A DNA stretch of 32,000 nt from Candidatus Moranella endobia PCIT. Its GTDB lineage: Bacteria > Pseudomonadota > Gammaproteobacteria > Enterobacterales > Enterobacteriaceae. Below the pieces are notes generated by a model, which saw only the letters and a program-made list of their open reading frames with translations, was not told the origin of the DNA and did not search any database. The position numbers were made by a program, and so were the translations under genes. Shown in pieces: positions 9,942-20,841 of this stretch (its first letter is position 1; every line of letters begins with the position of its first letter). The DNA is taken from contig NC_015735.1 in assembly GCF_000219175.1 (NCBI RefSeq), forward strand, positions 180,001-212,000. Direction: 5' to 3'.

Positions 9942-10190
9942 GTCAAATTTCATTGATTAACACAAATTTACTATAAGTATAGCATAGAATATGCGCTGTA
10001 AAGAAAGAAAATAAGTTATATCGAACTTATTCAGCATGCTGATAATAGTTGGTTACAGCGCCATATATAATAAGCCTAGCCACCAGGTAAGTTAGTTAAA
10101 AGAATGAATCAGGTATCATCAGTTAAGCCATTTAATCTATGTGCTAAACAGCCTTTGAGCATAAAGATCCGCTGAGGATAAGCAAAAGTT

Positions 10191-10880
10191 ATGATATGTA
10201 TGAAATATCTAGTAGTCATTCTTTTATTAAACCTAGTGCTGGCAGATTGTGCCAATAATAACAATGTTATTCTCGATCATTGCCCCTCAGATGTTTATAC
10301 TTATGCCCAGCAAAAAATGCAGGAAGGTAATTACACCGAAGCTATCAGTAAGTTTAAGGCGCTAGAGAACCGCTATCCGTTCGGTCAATACGCACAACAA
10401 GTTAAGCTTAATTTGATTTATGCCTACTACAAATCAGCTAACCTACAGATGGCACAAGCCTCTATTGAGGATTTTCTGCGGTTTAATCCTGACTATTCTA
10501 ATATTGACTACTTACTATACATACGCAGCTTGACTAATATGGTTTTTGATGACAGTAAAACGCAAGGATTTTATGGCGTAAATCACTTAACTAGTAATTC
10601 TGATTATGCCAGCGTAGCATTGTTTAGTTTAACACAACTGCTTATATATTATCCAAAAAGCCCGTATACCCTATATGCCACAAACTGTCTTCTTTCTCTA
10701 AAAGACCGGCTGGCAAAACATGAAATATTGGTAGTAGAGTACTACGCAAAAATCGGCGCCTATGTGGCGGTAGCTAATCGAGTTGATAAAATGCTTCGTG
10801 AATTTCCTGATAATAAAGCTACTCGACAGATATTGTACTATATGGGACAAGCATATCGGGAATTACATTTATACGAATAA
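10191..10880 (+). CDS. bamD: Outer membrane protein assembly factor BamD (YfiO), with an atypical lipobox and short C-terminus
   Basis: M(I/T)(C/R)MKYLV..., YAQQKMQEGNY, ALENRYPFGQYAQQVKLNLIYAYYK and LKDRLAKHE are collinear with E. coli BamD. The lipobox is LADC instead of LAGC. The protein ends about 20 residues earlier than in E. coli. Confidence 0.85.
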   Translation: MICMKYLVVILLLNLVLADCANNNNVILDHCPSDVYTYAQQKMQEGNYTEAISKFKALENRYPFGQYAQQVKLNLIYAYYKSANLQMAQASIEDFLRFNPDYSNIDYLLYIRSLTNMVFDDSKTQGFYGVNHLTSNSDYASVALFSLTQLLIYYPKSPYTLYATNCLLSLKDRLAKHEILVVEYYAKIGAYVAVANRVDKMLREFPDNKATRQILYYMGQAYRELHLYE

Positions 10881-11343
10881 ACCAAAAAAAAAGACAAAGC
10901 AATTACGATCTACTATCATACATCGTGAATCCTACCTCATAGCAGCATGGATAGGCTAGTTATTATATAATTAAATGTTAAGTATAGTTAATAACTTATT
11001 ACACTACTAATTTATCGACTGCTTAACTGCTCATAAGCAGCGCAAATCCATTGGAATCTGTTAATACATGCAACAACCCCAGTCAAAAAGGTGACTAGGT
11101 ATATAATACGATAACAAACTACCATATTAAAAAAATAAATACAATTTATATTTAATGTAACAAATTTACCTATAATTAAAAAAATTGGTTAATAGTTAAT
11201 TTTTTTGCCTTTGAAGAGTTACCTAAGGTAGATATAATTATATTTATTACAAGTTTTGTAAAAAAACATATTTTCATTTATCATAGCCCTTTTATAGCAG
11301 ATAATTAAAATCTATTCATATATAAACAATGGTGTAAATCTCT

Positions 11344-12900
11344 ATGCTACATCTATTTACTGGTCTAGAATTAAAGACCGGAATAATGTTGGTAATCGCA
11401 TTAATCTTTGTGCTAATTTATGAGGTAATTAATGGCTTTCATGATACGGCTAATGCAGTAGCTACAGTAATTTATACTCGTGCACTGAGTTCTAACCTAG
11501 CAGTTGCTATGTCAGGAGTGTTTAATTTCCTCGGAGTCATAATGGGTAAATTAAGCGTAGCTTATGCTATCGTTCATCTATTGCCTACCGATTTCTTATT
11601 AAATATAAGTTCTTCCAATAGTCTGGCAATGATGTTTTCCATACTACTGGCTGCTATTATTTGGAATCTTGGAACCTGGTATTTAGGCCTACCGGCCTCT
11701 AGCTCGCATGCGCTTATTGGCTCTATTATTGGTATAGGTATTACTAACGCTTTAGTTGGCGATAGCTCAGTAGTTCAGGCTTTGAATCTCCCGAAATTTC
11801 TTGAAATTTCCCTATCACTAATTATTTCTCCGTTGGTAGGATTTTTGCTTGCAGGTGTGATGGTTTATGGTATGCGCCGTTACTGGAGCAAAACAGAAAA
11901 ACGCAGCTGCATACATTTGACTCCAGCAGAACGAGAGGAAAAAGACGGCGAGCTTAAGCCACCATTATTAACCCGTATCGCCTTGATCGTATCAGCTGCT
12001 GGCGTAAGTTTTTCACACGGCGCCAATGACGGGCAAAAGGGTATCGGGCTGATCATGTTAGCACTGGTAGGTGTTGCTCCAGCAGGAATTATAGTCAATC
12101 TTGACGCAAGCGGCTATGATATTAGCCGTACACGAGATGCAGTTAATCATTTGCATCAGTATTATACACAGCACCAGAATCTAATTTTTGGCTCAGACAA
12201 GTTACTTATTCCGCCAACAGCTAAAAAAAATCTTAGCCCTATCTTGCCTTTAACCGGCACCGCGTCTATTAAAATACTGGATCAAGAATACAACTCCCAA
12301 ATACCAGTTTGTCAATGTGACATGTCTCAGGCGTTATTATCAATTAAGCGCGCCTCGCTACTATTGGATAATCTAAAAAGCTATGAAATGCTCGATGTTA
12401 ACCAGCGCTCCCTAGTACGTCACCTATTGATTTGTCTTGCCGAAAACGCCGAAAAAGTAGAACAGTTGCCGGAAACCTCCGCTGCTGATAAAAAATTTCT
12501 GTCAAACCTACGCCATAGTCTACTACTATGTACCGTGGAATACGCGCCGATATGGATAATTATAACCGTAGCGTTGGCTTTATCGTTGGGCACCATAGTT
12601 GGTTGGCGTCGAGTAGCCACGACCATCGGTGAAAAGATAGGTAAAAAAGGTATGACCTATGCTCAAGGGTTATCTGCGCAGTTGACTACGGCGGTATCTA
12701 TTGGAGTTGCTAGTTATACCGGTATGCCAGTATCTACTACCCAAGTACTGTCATCAGCGTTAACCGGCACCATAATGGTTGATGGCGGTGGTGTGCAAAT
12801 AAAAACTGTAAAAAATATCCTGTTAGCATGGGTTCTAACCCTACCAATGGTAATGATTCTATCAAGTAGCCTGTACTGGCTAACACTCAAGATTATTTAA
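11344..12900 (+). CDS. pitA: Low-affinity inorganic phosphate transporter
   Basis: 518 aa. [39 protein letters not shown] and [23 protein letters not shown] are nearly identical to E. coli PitA. Confidence 0.95.
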   Translation: MLHLFTGLELKTGIMLVIALIFVLIYEVINGFHDTANAVATVIYTRALSSNLAVAMSGVFNFLGVIMGKLSVAYAIVHLLPTDFLLNISSSNSLAMMFSILLAAIIWNLGTWYLGLPASSSHALIGSIIGIGITNALVGDSSVVQALNLPKFLEISLSLIISPLVGFLLAGVMVYGMRRYWSKTEKRSCIHLTPAEREEKDGELKPPLLTRIALIVSAAGVSFSHGANDGQKGIGLIMLALVGVAPAGIIVNLDASGYDISRTRDAVNHLHQYYTQHQNLIFGSDKLLIPPTAKKNLSPILPLTGTASIKILDQEYNSQIPVCQCDMSQALLSIKRASLLLDNLKSYEMLDVNQRSLVRHLLICLAENAEKVEQLPETSAADKKFLSNLRHSLLLCTVEYAPIWIIITVALALSLGTIVGWRRVATTIGEKIGKKGMTYAQGLSAQLTTAVSIGVASYTGMPVSTTQVLSSALTGTIMVDGGGVQIKTVKNILLAWVLTLPMVMILSSSLYWLTLKII

Positions 12901-13008
12901 ATACGCTGAACAACATCAGGAAGATAGCAGCTAATATTTAGCTTCTACCAGAAAGGAAGAGGTATGTTAATGATAAAAAACCGCAGTGTATGGCCTTCAA
13001 TATAACGC

Positions 13009-13296
13009 TTAATCGAAGCGAATAAAGTCGATATGATTCAGTTGAGGTTTAAATGGATGACGTTGTACCGCCTGTACTTTAACTTTATTTATGTGACCAT
13101 TGATCACCAGGACCAGCTCTTCGCTGTAAAATCCTTCTTTGATTTGGGCATGTAAAATAAAATCATGATCAAGCTCTACAGCTATCGGGGCTGAATTACC
13201 GCCATAAACTATAGCTGGAAACTTATTAGCAAGACGCAGGCGGCGACTTGCACCTTTGCCCAAATCTTTGCGAATTTTAGCATTGATAATTAACAT
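13009..13296 (-). CDS. rplY: 50S ribosomal protein L25
   Basis: [33 protein letters not shown] aligns with E. coli [33 protein letters not shown]. The ATG at 13296 is preceded by GAGGA. The TTG-extended ORF (13308) is rejected. Confidence 0.9.
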   Translation of the reverse strand: MLIINAKIRKDLGKGASRRLRLANKFPAIVYGGNSAPIAVELDHDFILHAQIKEGFYSEELVLVINGHINKVKVQAVQRHPFKPQLNHIDFIRFD

Positions 13297-13332
13297 AATT
13301 TTCCTCAAAACCTGGAGTAAAATTTAACTAAA

Positions 13333-13419
13333 ATTACCTACCAAGTAGTTGGCTGAGCAGCATGACTTAAAATTATCTCTCGAGATCGATACCGTTCCGT
13401 TGTTAACTTGGTAGGCAAT
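13333..13419 (-). promoter_or_regulatory. Candidate structured 5' leader of rplY (long-range stem)
   Basis: cctaccaagt (13337-13346) is the exact reverse complement of acttggtagg (13406-13415). Three further pairs follow after one mismatch. The stem encloses about 60 nt and lies 40-125 nt upstream of the rplY ATG on the coding strand. Confidence 0.3.
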
Positions 13420-13534
13420 AGTTTTGCATTAGTTTAATCAATTTATGATATGTTATGCAACAGTTGGCTCATACCAAGGAATAAAATTAGCCTATTCAAA
13501 CTAATTTTATTATTTACTTTTTATCATTTACTTC

Positions 13535-13562
13535 TTGTCAACTACGAGTAAATATCTATAAT
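13535..13562 (+). promoter_or_regulatory. rrn P1-like sigma70 promoter
   Basis: TTGTCA (13535-13540), a 16-nt spacer, then TATAAT (13557-13562). An A/T-rich block lies at 13503-13530 (aattttattatttactttttatcattta), where an UP element would sit. CACTGACA lies 7 nt after the -10, as in my recollection of E. coli rrnB P1. Confidence 0.6.
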
Positions 13563-13723
13563 ACTTCGTCACTGACAAGTGAGAAGGTAACTATCGCTAG
13601 AGTTAAACTGTTGCCAGAATTAGCCAAATACTAAACTAAGATACGATACAGACTTATCACTCACATGCAGAATCTAGAATACTGCAATGTTACGGTGATA
13701 ATAGGTTTTCATCCATTCGAACA

Positions 13724-13741
13724 TTCGAATTAACAATTTAT
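13724..13741 (+). promoter_or_regulatory. boxA-like antitermination leader remnant
   Basis: ttcgaaTTAACAATTTAT: the 12 nt TTAACAATTTAT are identical to part of the E. coli rrn leader TGCTCTTTAACAATTTATCAG as I recall it. It lies about 168 nt downstream of the -10 hexamer. Confidence 0.4.
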
Positions 13742-13817
13742 AATGGTATCTTAAATTATAGATTACATACAGAACCATACCGCCATAATAATCATAATAG
13801 TTATATAAATATAACTC

Positions 13818-13893
13818 AGGGGCGTAGTTCAATTGGTAGAGCACCGGTCTCCAAAACCGGTTGTTGGGAGTTCAAGTCTCTCCGCCCCTGCCA
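13818..13893 (+). tRNA. trpT: tRNA-Trp (anticodon CCA)
   Basis: AGGGGCGTAGTTCAATTGGTAGAGCACCGGTCTCCAAAACCGGTTGTTGGGAGTTCAAGTCTCTCCGCCCCTGCCA, 76 nt with an encoded CCA end. It differs from my recollection of E. coli tRNA-Trp at two positions (variable loop and T-loop). Confidence 0.97.
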
Positions 13894-14176
13894 GCTAGGT
13901 AAGCTTACTGCACGCGAGTGTGATTTCTATGATTAAATTACATACACTTAACTAAATAAGTATGAATAAGCGGCAAACTGCTGAACATTTCCCATTACAC
14001 CAACTGTTGTAATGGAGATCAAACGTTTTATAAAATTAAGACAGTAAATAACAACCAAATGGGTTATGGTCATTACCTGCTAAACCAGCGACAATCCGGT
14101 TTAATCGTTCAATCTCAGGGCAAAACAAAACTAGTCAGCGGTTTGTTAAGCCTGCATCTAGTGTTAGAGATACATG

Positions 14177-15691
14177 CTATGACGAATTAACTGTTGACTT
14201 TTTGTGTGTTGATGCAATCACATCATTTTCCCGATGACTATCTTCTACACACTTAACAGTAGGTTCGGGTACAGAATTGGATATAGGTTGCTTTATTTCA
14301 ACCCCCAGAGCGCAGAAACCTTGCGCCAGACCAATAATATTCCCCCGACCATCGGACAATTTATTCTTTGCTAGCCGATAGCTGGCTTGAGCTTTATCAA
14401 GGCTTTGGCCGATAGTGTTAATATCATCAACAAACAAGCGTAATTTATCATAGAGTCTCGCCGCCCGCTCAGCAATATGCTGAGCGTTTCGGCTTTGATG
14501 TTCGTAGCGCCACAGATTATTGATGGTGCGTAGCGCAACTAAAAGCGTGGTAGGACTAACTAATATAATATTATGCGCTAGCGCTTCGCTTATTAGTTCT
14601 GGATGGTGGCCAATAGCCACTATAAAGGCCGGTTCAATAGGTACAAACATTAAAACAAAATCTAGTGAGCGTAACCCAGTTAATTGTTGATAGTCTTTAC
14701 GTCCCAGTAATTTAATATGGGTACGCAGCGAATTGACATGTTCGATTAACGACAGTTTTCGTTCTGCATCATTATGGCTATTGAAATAACGTTCATAGGC
14801 AACCAAAGATATTTTTGCATCGATGACTACATCTTTTCCCTGTGGCAGACGAACCACCACATCCGGCTGTAAACGCCGGCCATCCTCTTGCTGCATGCTA
14901 ATCTGTATTTCAAATTCATGACCTTCGCGTAGTCCTGATGCTTCCAGTACTCTACTTAGCACAATTTCGCCCCAATTACCTTGCACCTTATTATCGCCCT
15001 TGAGCGCACGGGTCAAGTTGACGGCTTCCTCAGCCATCTGCAAATTTAGCTTCTGTAAATTACGTATTTCATAAGCCAATGTGTGACGCTCACGTGCTTC
15101 TTGACCAAAACTTTCTTGTACTTGGCGGCGAAATCCTTCAAGTTGCTCACGTAGCGGCATCAGCAAACGGTCAAGGCTTTGGCGGTTTTGCTCATCTACC
15201 TGACGTCCGCTATGTTTAAATATGCGGTTGGCTAAATTTTCAAATTGTAACGATAACCGCTGTTCATTATTACTTAATAAGCGCTGTTTTTCTTCCGCCG
15301 ATAGCCTAGTTTCTTCTAAACGTATAGCTACCTCTCGCAGTTCTGCTTCCTGGCTACTATTAATTTCCCGCTGCGCTAGCAGCGCTTGATTTAGTTTCTC
15401 ACACTTCTGGCGTAAATGCGTAAGATATGTCAAACGCTCCTCAGCTGCTACTAACTGGCCATATTGTGTGCGCTGCTCTCGTTCACCGTCGCGTAGCGCT
15501 AGCTCAATCTGCCGGCGCACATGTTGTTCATCGACCAGCGCATGGCGCACGGACTGCAAACTTTGCTCAAGTATTATTCGTTCTTGTGCTTGCGCTAAAT
15601 GTCGTTGATGTTGACGTAATTCAGCCATAAGCCAGCCTAACAAGACACCACTTAGTGCGCCGCATACACCGTAACAGAGGTAATAATCCAT
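14177..15691 (-). CDS. rmuC: DNA recombination protein RmuC
   Basis: SNNEQRLSLQFENLANRIF, RQVDEQNRQSL, ALKGDNK.QGNWGE, VSPTTLLVALRTINNLWRYEHQSRNAQ are collinear with E. coli RmuC. The start is set at MDYY... (GGAG upstream). The ORF track starts 9 codons earlier. Confidence 0.9.
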   Translation of the reverse strand: MDYYLCYGVCGALSGVLLGWLMAELRQHQRHLAQAQERIILEQSLQSVRHALVDEQHVRRQIELALRDGEREQRTQYGQLVAAEERLTYLTHLRQKCEKLNQALLAQREINSSQEAELREVAIRLEETRLSAEEKQRLLSNNEQRLSLQFENLANRIFKHSGRQVDEQNRQSLDRLLMPLREQLEGFRRQVQESFGQEARERHTLAYEIRNLQKLNLQMAEEAVNLTRALKGDNKVQGNWGEIVLSRVLEASGLREGHEFEIQISMQQEDGRRLQPDVVVRLPQGKDVVIDAKISLVAYERYFNSHNDAERKLSLIEHVNSLRTHIKLLGRKDYQQLTGLRSLDFVLMFVPIEPAFIVAIGHHPELISEALAHNIILVSPTTLLVALRTINNLWRYEHQSRNAQHIAERAARLYDKLRLFVDDINTIGQSLDKAQASYRLAKNKLSDGRGNIIGLAQGFCALGVEIKQPISNSVPEPTVKCVEDSHRENDVIASTHKKSTVNSS

Positions 15692-16015
15692 ATTGACTCC
15701 ATTGACCACCTTATTCAACCGGTAAAGTTAATGATATATAGATGTCCATATTGTTATTGAATAAAATCATTGGCTAGCTAACTTAGCTTAGCATAAACTG
15801 AGCGCTTAAAAAATTATCCGTACTAGCAATGGCAGAAGATCGTGACTCACGATACAACGAACGGCTAATAATAGTTAAGCATCGCATGATGACTACACAG
15901 AAAAGTAACCGGGATAAAGCATATTCACTATGTGCTAAAACCAGCATCGAACCATGTAAACAGACAATTGAACCATTGAGTGTGAATAACTAATTACTGA
16001 CACTAAGTGCAGTAG

Positions 16016-18079
<2,064 letters not shown>

Positions 18080-18230
18080 AATAAACTTACGCTGCCAAGT
18101 AAGTTGATTAATAAAAATTAGCAATAGATAATAATTAATTTATTATTCATAATAATACTACTAATATAGCAGCAATCAGCAAGCAAAGACCGATACTGAT
18201 AATTATACTCTTCGTGGTTGTTACCACCAT

Positions 18231-18987
18231 TCATGTAAAAAAATGATGGACCGGTCCAATACCCTGCCCTAAGCATAAATTATCAGCATGAATCAGTGCC
18301 TGCTGAAACCATGCTTTTGCCGCCTGCATAGTTTGTGGCCAATCATTATAGCGTGGACGTAAAACGGCTAGCGCAGCTGATCGCGCACAACCAGTGCCAT
18401 GGGTGTTTCTTGTCATTATACGCACGCTGTCAAAACTTAGCTCGTAATCTGGGATTGTCTGGGCTTGTATGCCGGTTAGATGGCCGCCTTTCATCACCAC
18501 TGCCTGACAAAACTAACGCTAGGAGGGCGCGCCCTTGTTAACGACGCATGTGATGCTCATTTGCCGCCAGCGCGCATTCTAGCAATACCGCCACCTCCGG
18601 CAAATTATGGGTTATAAGCGACACTAAAGGTAATAAAATATTCCGAATACTGTTAACCGCATCCTCATTATTTAATAACGTATCTCCGCTTTTAGCAACC
18701 ATGACCGCATCCAGAACTAACATAGAAATAGGGTGATACGCTACTTGGACGCTATCGAACGGATAACCGATGCCTGTCCTAGTAGTAGCAGACCTATTTT
18801 TGCGCTATTAAGACGTATGTCACTAATAGGATAAATTGATTATACGCCAAGAGTATTTGGGACCACCATGAGGTAATTACTGTGGTGCCATAAACGCACA
18901 TAGAGCTAAAAAAGTTTTCAAATTAGCCTGTATGCCAGCCCCACCACTAGGATCATTGTTGGCAATAGACAATGTCTAATAATACAT
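18231..18987 (-). pseudogene. thiD: Hydroxymethylpyrimidine/phosphomethylpyrimidine kinase pseudogene with multiple frameshifts and stops
   Basis: ThiD-like pieces lie in different frames. These are MYY*TLSIANNDPSGGAGIQANLKTF (in-frame stop at codon 4), SDIRLNSAKIGLL, LVLDAVMVAKSGDTLL...LITHNLPE, and MKGGHL...TRNTHGTGCARSAALAVLRP...GIGPVHHF. Confidence 0.85.
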
Positions 18988-19049
18988 TCGGTTAATAAAA
19001 CCACATCCACGTCAAGACAATATATTGATAATCAAGATTAATTAACGTC

Positions 19050-19210
19050 AATACTTTAGAAAAAGCTTCCAGTTATCGTTAGCAATGATTGGATGGTTTG
19101 CGCCGCTGAAAAATTGGTCATGCAGTGTCTTACTTAGCACAGTACCTGAGCAAATATTAATTATAATAGCACAAAAAGAGTAAAGGTAAATGCGCTTGGT
19201 CAAATATTGA
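19050..19210 (-). pseudogene. thiM: Hydroxyethylthiazole kinase remnant (N-terminal stub only)
   Basis: The minus-strand translation LIFAQVLC*VRHCMTNFSAAQTIQSLLTITGS matches E. coli ThiM [33 protein letters not shown]. Only about 60 nt separate it from the thiD start, so about 80% of the gene is deleted. It is syntenic with the thiMD operon. Confidence 0.45.
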
Positions 19211-19535
19211 CCTAATGATAATTCAATCGTACTAGTGATCAACATATAAGTTATGTAACTAATAGTTACCATCTAGTGTACTGAAAAACATTTAATCAAA
19301 CCATTAAAACACCTCTTGACAGTAGTCCATACTACCCTGTATTCACGCTCGCCATAAGCCACATTGTATATTATTAGGTAGGTAGGGACACGGTGACGAC
19401 TAAGCGTTATTGTTGAATACATACTTGAACAAGCAGATTATTATCAGACTTGATTTTTTAAGTTGCGCGAGAATCTAACAGTACGTAGTTAGGCTTTCAT
19501 TATAAGTTGCGAACACCATTTTTAAAAAGAATTAA

Positions 19536-19565
19536 TTGTGCACAGTTTTCATACTGTAATAATTA
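19536..19565 (+). promoter_or_regulatory. recA promoter region with a degenerate SOS-box position
   Basis: TTGTGC-acagttttcatactg-TAATAAT aligns with my recollection of E. coli TTGATA-ctgtatgagcatacag-TATAAT. No CTGT-N8-ACAG is present. Instead ACAGT (19542-19546) and ACTGT (19553-19557) form a dyad of opposite polarity. Confidence 0.4.
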
Positions 19566-19588
19566 GCTAATTAGCACTAGGAGTTTAA

Positions 19589-20650
19589 ATGTATATTGAT
19601 GAGAACAAAAAACAAGCGTTAGCGTCAGCACTGGTACAAATTGAAAAGCAATTCGGTAAGGGATCGATTATGCGCTTGGGTGAAGATCGTTCTATGGATG
19701 TTGAAACCATATCCACAGGTTCTATATCTCTAGATATCGCACTTGGCACCGGTGGACTGCCAATGGGCCGTATCGTTGAAATATATGGTCCGGAATCATC
19801 GGGTAAAACTACCTTGGCCCTGCAGGTAATTGCCATAGCGCAGCAAGAAAACAAAATATGCGCATTTATTGATGCTGAACACGCTCTTGATCCTATCTAC
19901 GCTAAAAAGCTGGGTGTTGACATCGATAATCTGCTTTGCTCCCAGCCAGATAACGGCGAACAGGCTCTAGAAATATGTGACGTTTTGACTCGTTCCGGGG
20001 CGGTAGACGTTATCATAGTAGACTCAGTTGCAGCTCTTACGCCAAAAGCAGAAATCGAGGGTGAGATAGGTGATGCCCATATGGGGCTTGCTGCCCGTAT
20101 GATGAGTCAGGCAATGCGTAAGTTGACGAGCAACCTAAAAAACGCCAATACACTACTAATTTTCATTAATCAGATACGCATGAAGATCGGCGTAATGTTT
20201 GGTAATCCAGAGACTACCACTGGTGGCAACGCGCTGAAATTTTATGCATCTGTTCGTCTGGATATCCGCCGCATTGGATCGGTGAAAGAAGGCGATGTGG
20301 TGGTAGGTAGCGAAACACGCGTAAAAGTAGTTAAAAACAAAGTTGCCGCGCCGTTTAAACAGGCAGAATTCCAAATCATGTACGGCGTAGGCATCAATAT
20401 TATTGGTGAACTAGTTGATCTAGGTGTCAAACACAAGTTGATTGAGAAAGCGGGAGCATGGTACAGCTATAACGGCGAGAATATTGGACAAGGCAAGAAT
20501 AATGCTTACATCTTTCTGAAGGAGCATCCTGCACTAGTGAGTGAACTTAATCATAGGTTACGTAATATGCTGATGAACAGTGTTGATGTTACCAGCCAGA
20601 TCAGAAACTTGGTAGGTGAAGATGTCAGCGAAAACAATGAAGCACTTTAG
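19589..20650 (+). CDS. recA: Recombinase A
   Basis: 353 aa, very close to E. coli RecA throughout ([75 protein letters not shown]). AGGAG lies 5 nt upstream of the ATG. Confidence 0.97.
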   Translation: MYIDENKKQALASALVQIEKQFGKGSIMRLGEDRSMDVETISTGSISLDIALGTGGLPMGRIVEIYGPESSGKTTLALQVIAIAQQENKICAFIDAEHALDPIYAKKLGVDIDNLLCSQPDNGEQALEICDVLTRSGAVDVIIVDSVAALTPKAEIEGEIGDAHMGLAARMMSQAMRKLTSNLKNANTLLIFINQIRMKIGVMFGNPETTTGGNALKFYASVRLDIRRIGSVKEGDVVVGSETRVKVVKNKVAAPFKQAEFQIMYGVGINIIGELVDLGVKHKLIEKAGAWYSYNGENIGQGKNNAYIFLKEHPALVSELNHRLRNMLMNSVDVTSQIRNLVGEDVSENNEAL

Positions 20651-20841
20651 TAAAGTAAACAAATTAAACTTTGTTGTTATATAAATTTATCAATAGATAA
20701 CGTCAATTTTGTACATAAAACATTTTTTAGTACATAAGATAATTTTGATATTGGTTTTTTTGCCAATTTGATCAATACGTCAAAAACTGATTGAAGAGAC
20801 TGCTACGCTATTCTATTTACATATTTACAGGAAATTAATTT

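Noticed and set aside
9589-9960. Antisense or alternative-frame ORFs from the track: 9589-9960, 2469-2669, 3450-3701, 4075-4365, 7486-7893, 15427-15630, 17650-17916, 19585-19854, 20156-20436, 21248-22022, 23094-23321 and 28757-29089
   Set aside because: All lie inside strongly conserved genes on the other strand or frame. They have no SD and show low-complexity, Arg/Ser/Pro-skewed compositions typical of shadow ORFs.
19048-19272. 74-aa ORF from the track (MVTISYITYML...) as a possible novel small gene upstream of thiD
   Set aside because: It overlaps, in another frame, DNA that translates into the ThiM N-terminus (HCMTN...). It has no SD and is best explained as a chance ORF in a decaying thiM remnant.
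19340-19360. ttatggcgagc resembling the thiM riboswitch/SD segment TTATGGCAGGAGC
   Set aside because: It lies about 140 nt upstream of where the ThiM relic starts. No thi-box core (CTGAGA, CCTGATCTGGATAATGCC-like) is visible nearby, so this is probably coincidence.
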